Shown here in pieces: positions 56,201-64,000 of a stretch of 64,000 nt of DNA (its first letter is position 1; every line of letters begins with the position of its first letter). Location: assembly GCA_964016885.1 (NCBI GenBank), contig OZ024745.1, positions 69,998,001 to 70,062,000 of the forward strand, given 5' to 3'. The position numbers and the translations under genes were made by a program. Below the pieces are notes generated by a model that was not told the DNA's origin, did no database searches, and worked only from the letters and a program-made list of their open reading frames with translations. Source of the DNA: Eledone cirrhosa. Lineage: Eukaryota.

Positions 56201-57484
56201 TGTGTTGTTCGTACATCTTAACCTTTGCAGTCTTGGTAAATATCCGTACGTTTCTATTGAAATGATCAACTTTGCTTCTTCTTTCGAAGATATAACTTAC
56301 ATAGAATATTCAATATAAAACGTGAAATGAAAGATGAATCTGATGTTAAAACATAAAAATATCTTTTCTAAGTAAAGCATCAGATGTTAGTAAGGAAACA
56401 TAATTGCTAAACAGTCAAAAACTATGTTAACGATGAAATTTAACAAAGGACTAGCTGTGTAGTTAAACACTTCACTTCACATCTATTTTGTATTGAGTTT
56501 GATCCCACAACACGAGAGTTTAGATGTAACCTGCATCGAGCAAATGATTTTGTAAACGGAATCTGTTTCGAAATCTTACATAGGAACTACCATTATTGAG
56601 GTGGTAGATTTTATTCTCCATTTGACTGTACATCACCTTTTACTGTGGATATCATTCGGACCAGATCTCCTAAATGTCACAAAGGTACTAAAAAGGACCA
56701 GGGATCCTGAAAGCCAGCCCTTTGACTAAAGTTAAAAATAATGTCTGACAGTCAAAAATCCAAAATTCATATTTGCATTTAATATGCATTCCCAGAGGAA
56801 TAAGAATTTTCCTCTGTGGAAATGTTTCTGTCAAGTGTCGTTTGTATCACAGTATTTACAAATCTCTATATATATAATAACTTCGTTTTACATGTCTCCT
56901 ATTGCATAGTTTCAACGGAAACGTTATAATCCAAAATGTCCATCTATATTACAAGCCCAGTATAAAATTTAATATTAAAAGATATTTTTTCTTTCTTTTT
57001 GTTTTTTAATGCCAGAAAGTTAATACGTGATCTTCCGTTTGGCAGTCGGTGAAACATGTAACCTGAAGTCAAAACAGAAGGTCACCTAGAATCTCAGTTT
57101 TAGAATACAAAGAAGTCACATTTAACATAGAATCGTTAAACTCTAATGGAATTAACAAAACCTCTTTTATTCTGAACGTGAAGGAATGGGAATTGCAACA
57201 TCGATGCAAAACTGTCGTTTCCTGTCGACTGCGTGAGTAGAAAGAACCATTAAAAGCTTGTCTATATACTTGAGATATCATCACATTTATATCGAACGAT
57301 TCCTTTTTCACCAATTCGAATTTATATTAGATTTAAAGAACACATTTCTATAAGATAGTAGGAAGAGTGAGTAACTATATCTTATTCTCCAGTTTCCTAT
57401 TATGTAGGGAATAAAACAATTCCAGGTCGTTTGATTTTATACCCCAAATGATTTATGTTTTTAAAGCATTATTTCTGTGTATAT

Positions 57485-57581
57485 TTGACTTTGCCTTTCA
57501 TCCTTACGGGGTCGATAAAATAAAGTACCAGTAATGCACTGGGTAATTGCTGGCCTTATGCCTAAAGTAGAAACAATTATT
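57485..57581 (+). mobile_element. SINE family 1, 3' half
   Basis: Homology to other copies. Confidence 0.88.
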
Positions 57582-60500
57582 TCTGTGTATACTTTGCACA
57601 CATACGGATTCTAAATAGGCGGCTACGGCTAGCCCAACGGCATGGAATAATTTGTTGTTTTGTTTCACATCCCTTATCCCTCGTGCCTGTAATTTCTAAT
57701 ATATATGTGATGTTATCATATACAATTTATGCCAAGGTGAATAAGTATAACAAATAATATATCATACGTTGCTAAAACTCGAAGGTTTCATTATGTATGT
57801 TGAATATTCAACCATGCGTTCATTAATTTTACGGGCTAGACGTTCAATTGATTGAAGAATACATTACTAATCACCGAAACCGATGTGGGATCCTTCGTCA
57901 TCATAATTGTCATCAATGTGAATTATATATAAAACACAGAAATATTCGTTTTGTGCATTCTGTTTTTCGTTTATTTTTTTAATTTTCAAACTCTTACAAG
58001 CTACCTTCAAATGTTTGTATATTTGAAACTAATAACATAATTTGTCATATTGGTTCGGAGCTGTTCACAAGCATTTATTTTAAATTGTTTATTTCAGTAT
58101 ATCTCACATGAGACAATATGATAAATTATTAACCGCATTGAAACATTGTCATGCATACAAATAAGATATATTTTCGAGTAAAAAATAGCTTCGTTCTATC
58201 TTTGTTTTGTTTTTTCTCATATATTTTATTACAATGCGTTAGTTTGTTAATAAACATGCATGAATATGTGCAATAAGTTATCTACGATAAAGGAAAATAA
58301 AGAAAAACTATGTTTATTCCTTGCATTTTAAACAAACTCCAATGTTCGTCTTTCGGTGAGAAGGTTGTATCAAAGGGTGAGTTATCGTTTTCGTCCGTTT
58401 TTCCATGGTGGCATGAATTGAATGAAGGCAGGGTCATATATCGGTTTCCAGTGCGGCGCAGGAGCTAATATGCACCTTCCAAAAGTTCTCATTTCCAGCT
58501 GACTGAAATAAAGCAACATGAAATGGCTTGGCCAATGACATAACTCGTTATCCAATCTCGGAAAACTATCTATGAGCTTTTGATCGTGGGATAACACTAA
58601 GCCATATGACTTTACTTTAAAAGATTACCTTTTTACCGAAAATCTGATATCTCTACGTAGAATATGTGATAAAAGTTCAGAGACGCTTTGGTTTGAAATA
58701 TACTTTGCATTAATTGTTCCTGCTTTTTGTAGTAATCAAATTCTGAGGCTGTCAAATTTGATACTCATACTTTTGTGCGAAAGAAAATAAGGTAACAAAT
58801 GAGGCTGGTGCTCTGTTGGTAGTCATTACAACATCGGACAATAATCCTTCCAATGTATGTTGCGTATCTTAAACGTTTGAGTTCAATTCCTGCTGAGGCC
58901 TGCTTGGATTAAGGAATTTAACTATTGTACGGTTTAACATGTGCATCGCGGGAAGTTTTAGAGGAAGTTTTATAAACCTTCAAACCAATTCTCTACTTCG
59001 GGGATATCTTTACAGTTCCACGCTACTTTCCCTGGTTTAACAATGACAAAAGAACCATATTTATGCAGAATAAACCATAGTAAATATCGCCAGTCCAACT
59101 CTTCGTATTCTAAATAGAATATAAATAGCCGTGCCACTCGCTAGGTTTAGAAAAACAGTCCTATGTGATCAGGTTTATCAAAGTATAGACTGATGAAATG
59201 TTCATCTTGTCCAAACTGGAAATATATGTGTCTCCTTTAATAAACCTAGTATAATATAAATACACATAATATCTCTTCAACTATGATGAATTTCCCAACA
59301 CATCTTTGGATACTCTAACTAGTATAGTATTTATGGTATTCAATAGAATGAGCCTATTTCTCTCAAGGGATGTGACAGACTTCGAGGCTATACACAGAAA
59401 CCCATCCTGGGGTATCATTATTCCCGAACAGCGAACTAAATCTAGGCAATGTTAAATAAAACTACCTAATTAGAACCGTAACTTAACGGTTAAAGTACAT
59501 TTTAATAAATGGAGAGATTTGACTTTATTGAACTATTTCGAAGCTACCAGAAAACATTATTTTAGAACATGGTATGTAATATAATAATTGTTTATATCGA
59601 TATATTCTACTCAATAGAAGCTTCTAAAGTGATTTATGGTCAAAATCAAAGGAATAACTTAGGACAAGTTGCATTATTAAGATGTGTTTATCAGAATGAA
59701 TTCATCAAATGGATTTCTGGACTGTATATATTATTGAGTAAAATGAAGCCTAGAACTTAGTATTAGGATAATTTGCCTCTGACTCCCAACAAGAAAGAGG
59801 CGATTCTCCATGATAAAACATTTGACATTTTGTCCACTGGGAACATGAAAACAATCAGCAGTTGGATTGAATCATAAGCATTGTTTTTGGACAGTTATTT
59901 TAAATCTTTATCATAACTCTTGAATGAAACCTGACTCTAAATGAAATTGTTGGAGCTAAACATAAAAACAGTTGTAATATAAACCTATACAATCCTTTTT
60001 CCTCTATAAAGAATTTCATTAAAGGTAGCACATTGTATTAGATATCCAGTACGTTATTTACATAATTCAGGTAAGACAAATATCCCTTAATTCTGAGATT
60101 AAACTACGTGATGATTCAGGCTAGTCAAAATATTGCCCCAGAAGCACGTAATCTGTGCACAGAAAAGTAATACGATTCATTATTAAAATAAGATATTTGC
60201 ATAAGCAATTCTTTTCTTACCCTCATATAACTAGTTGCCAATGTATTTATATTTGAATTATTTATATTATTAGCAGCCAACAAAAGTAAACCTACATTTA
60301 ATACAATCAATCTCTGATATCTTTAAATGTAAATCTAAACCTAAGTGGAATCATGTGATGTAAAGGCAATTCTATGAATAGTGAACAAGTTGGATTTTAT
60401 AGACGTATCTTCGTAAAATAATTCTTGAAGTAGTTGTTGTTATCGTTGTGTTGCAAAATTAATTTCAATAAAGCAATTTGCGAATTAAGAAGTTATGTGA

Positions 60501-60955
60501 AATATTCATAATCAAAATGAACACAACACTGACATATCTCTCCACATTTTCTCATACTCTTAGAAGAAGCAGGGAAAGCCAAGGCTAGCTAATGTATTCT
60601 GCAATGAAAGAAACTATTGAATCTTTGCCGGTTTATTTTCTTCTTTGAAAGATTTTCAGTTTAAACGCCCTAATAGCTTTTCAATATAAGTGCATTTCTC
60701 TACTTTTAGCATTTCTTAATTAATTTCATCTTGAAAAGACCTTCTACTACAGAGATTTCTTTTCCTGTATTCTCTGATATTCCGTATACCACAAATAAAT
60801 AGAAAAGACAGGAAAGTGTGTTCAGAATAATAAAGAAAGCATTAACGCTGATAGCAACAAGGCAATAAAATAAATGCGAAATGTAAATCTATGTATATTT
60901 GTAATAATTGTGTATGCGTATGTGTGCTTATTGCCTAAGTGCGGATTGAAACCGC

Positions 60956-60986
<31 letters not shown>

Positions 60987-61330
60987 GGGGGGTGCAGGTG
61001 TGTGTGCGTGTCAGAGATTGTGTGTGTGTGTAGGGTCAGGTGCGTATTTATTGATGCACAGATATGAGTGTATATTCATTAGTGTAAGCTCATGTATTTC
61101 AATATGTCAATAACTGAAAGCCCGAATCCTTATATACATCATAATGAGTTATATACACACTAATCTACAACTTCCTAACGAAGAGGTACGTGTATATTAC
61201 AAGGTTACACACTCATGCACACGCGCCTGCACATATATGTCAACACGCATACCCACACACGCATAATAAATTAATATATATATATATATGTGTATGTATA
61301 TATGTATATATATATATATATGTATGCATG

Positions 61331-61395
<65 letters not shown>

Positions 61396-61400
61396 TTATA

Positions 61401-61431
<31 letters not shown>

Positions 61432-61618
61432 ATATGTATATATATATATATATATGTGTGTGCGTGTGTGTATCAGAAGGCATACAACTGATGGCCTACG
61501 GAAGTAAATATACATAACTCTACATGCATTGATTCTTTAAAAAAAGAGGGTATCACACATTACATATAATCATATCTGTGTGTTTTTTAAACATTACGAA
61601 CATAGCACGGAGAGAAAT

Positions 61619-61798
61619 ATAATTGTTTCTAATTTAGGCACAAGGCCAGCAAATACCCAGTGCATTACTGGTACTTTATTTTATCGACCTCGTAAGGATG
61701 AAAGGCAAAGTCAACCTCGGCGGGATTTGAACTCAGATCGTAAAGGGATTTAACTATGCTGGAAAGCATTGCGTCCGACCCTCTACCGATACTGCCAG
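61619..61798 (-). mobile_element. SINE family 1
   Basis: Homology to other copies; possible TSD cggagagaaatataat / ccagagaaatataat. Confidence 0.9.
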
Positions 61799-61931
61799 AG
61801 AAATATAATGGTGATTCAACTGCGAATGAAAAAGCATTAAACTTTCCATGTATTGAAGTTAGCGGCCACTTTCATTTACACAATGAACGCCCTGTGACTC
61901 AGTCTCTCTCTCTCTTTCTCTCTCTCCCTCC

Positions 61932-62007
<76 letters not shown>

Positions 62008-62849
62008 ACACACACACATACACTCACACACACACACAACACAAACTTATGTTTCAAGAGAGTGTCCGGAAATTTAGACACGACGATCTTCATCGGATGT
62101 TGCTCGTAATTGTTAAAGCAACTGTGAAAATATGACATGGAATGTGATGTGTGACGTTTGTAATGTTTGCCCTGTAAAGAAATTGTATCCTATTTCTACA
62201 TTTCAAGATTACTTCAGCCTTTCTATTCATTGTCTTTGCGGGATGATTCAGGATATGATTTTTTTTATTCAATATGCATTAGATCGATTTAGTGTGGTTG
62301 CTTTTCTATGACAAACCTAATGATATTGGTACAATCGCCAGACCAAAGCAATTCAGTAATAGTTTAAAACGTGGCAGATTATGCTAGATGTAGAAATAGC
62401 ATATACAGCCCCCCGCTACAACCACACCCCCACCCTATCACCACGACCACCACCACCAACAACAACGACAACAACAACAACAACCACAACAACACTACCA
62501 CCAACAATGAATTGTAAGATAGAGCTGTTCTCGACTGAAACATTTAGCATATATTTTTGTCTATCTCTTCTTGAGGTAACATTCTAACCAGATGTGACAT
62601 TACACATCACCTAACATAAAGTAAATTCGTCTCTATTTTTCTTCTCGCACTCCTAGTTTTATGTCTATTTCTGGAATATTATATCAATCTCTATTTTTTT
62701 TTAACTTTAGCTCTTTGTTATTCCATTTATAAATTACAATAATAATTAACATGCCATAACATTTCCGTGAATGTAAATGAACCATTATAACAAAAAGAAA
62801 TTAAGTACCCCAATGGAAACGGAGAATATATGTGATATATTTAGCATCG

Positions 62850-63662
62850 AGGGTACCAATTCTACTGAATGTACTTCCGAGATACACATAGCTGCCCACT
62901 ACCTCAAGTCTTTTCCCTCTCACGAAAATGTTTGGCTACACATACACTTTCCCAACTGGTGGAGTGTACATGGCCTCTGCCAATTTTATACTAATATTTA
63001 GCCAAAACACAGTGCATAAATTGGAGGTGTTTAATATCAACTCCATGACCTCTACTGTGTGAGCCACAAAATCTGCATCACCAGCATACAGGAACTCCCT
63101 AACAAGAGAGACACATATTCTGGGCTTGGTGTTACACCGTCGTAGATTAAAGACTTTCCCACAAGTGTACACCGATGGCAAAGTCTTGGAGTGCATATGT
63201 CAGCAGCATGACAAAGTAAATGGAGAAATAATTGAGGTACTTATTTGTCACCTTGCTTGACAGAGTCACATTGAAGTTCACTTTTGTTTTGTCGTATTTT
63301 GAGAGCATCCAAGTTTCCTCAATATTACCCACAATACACTATGATTAACGTTATCAAAGCTTCGGTAAGGTCCACAAATAATTGCTATAGTGGCACTTGC
63401 TGCTCTACACACTCCGTAATACCCTGCCCAATTCTGAATCCATACTGTGTCTCAGTGATGGCACCAGGGCGACCCATATTATTAGACGATTCAGCAAGAC
63501 ATTTGATAAGACTTTTCTTACCGATCTGAGCAGACTTATACCATAATAATGACCGTATTCTGACTTGGAACGCTTGCCATTGTAAATCGAGAATAAAATT
63601 GATTCTACCCAGTTTTGTTGGACATGCTTACCCCGCCATATAGATAAGACTAGCCCAGGATC
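62850..63662 (-). mobile_element. RTE-clade LINE RT remnant
   Basis: YYGISLL..KVLSNVLLNRL, QYGFR, KVFNLRR, VREFLYAGDADFVAHT. Confidence 0.85.
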
Positions 63663-63664
63663 CA

Positions 63665-63783
<119 letters not shown>

Positions 63784-64000
63784 ACATGCCTGATTAAATC
63801 ATATTCAATATATAGTGTACCGTACAAATACGCTTTATTTTTTTTGCTAATCTTGCTAAAAACCGTTATTCAAATTTGTCTCGTTGCCTTATTTCGTTCG
63901 ACAGATTATCGTTCTTATTGATGACTCCCAGAATCTGTCTTGGTATTGGCACCTCATTATTTCATTGACTTTCTTAAATAAAGAAATCCTTCGATATATA

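Noticed and set aside
55635-56318. 227-aa hydrophobic ORF as a membrane protein
   Set aside because: Antisense of the decayed Dong-like element

Overview
AT-rich, microsatellite-dense eukaryotic DNA with no recognisable host exon; the repeat content suggests an octopus or other cephalopod (inference). It holds the 5' 3.2 kb of a young CR1-like LINE (minus strand), decayed RTE and CR1 pieces, two RLE-type (R4/Dong-like) LINE ends in microsatellites, two tRNA-derived SINE families, MITEs, and Penelope-like (GIY-YIG) fragments. Main hidden structure: about a dozen short inserts in (TA)n tracts, from about eight sequence families, carry minimal type I hammerhead ribozyme folds or ribozyme halves. 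Many are fold-back palindromes with one long, tailed arm and one short arm. The ribozymes show compensatory changes, including a U3-A8 core swap, and one palindrome is centred exactly on the predicted cleavage site. This points to a TA-targeted, ribozyme-processed, non-autonomous Penelope-like retroelement system. Second highlight: the AUG-less LINE ORF2 lies in the -1 frame behind a G_GGA_AAC slippery heptamer and a 14-bp hairpin. All folds and alignments were done by eye; boundaries of decayed repeats are approximate.
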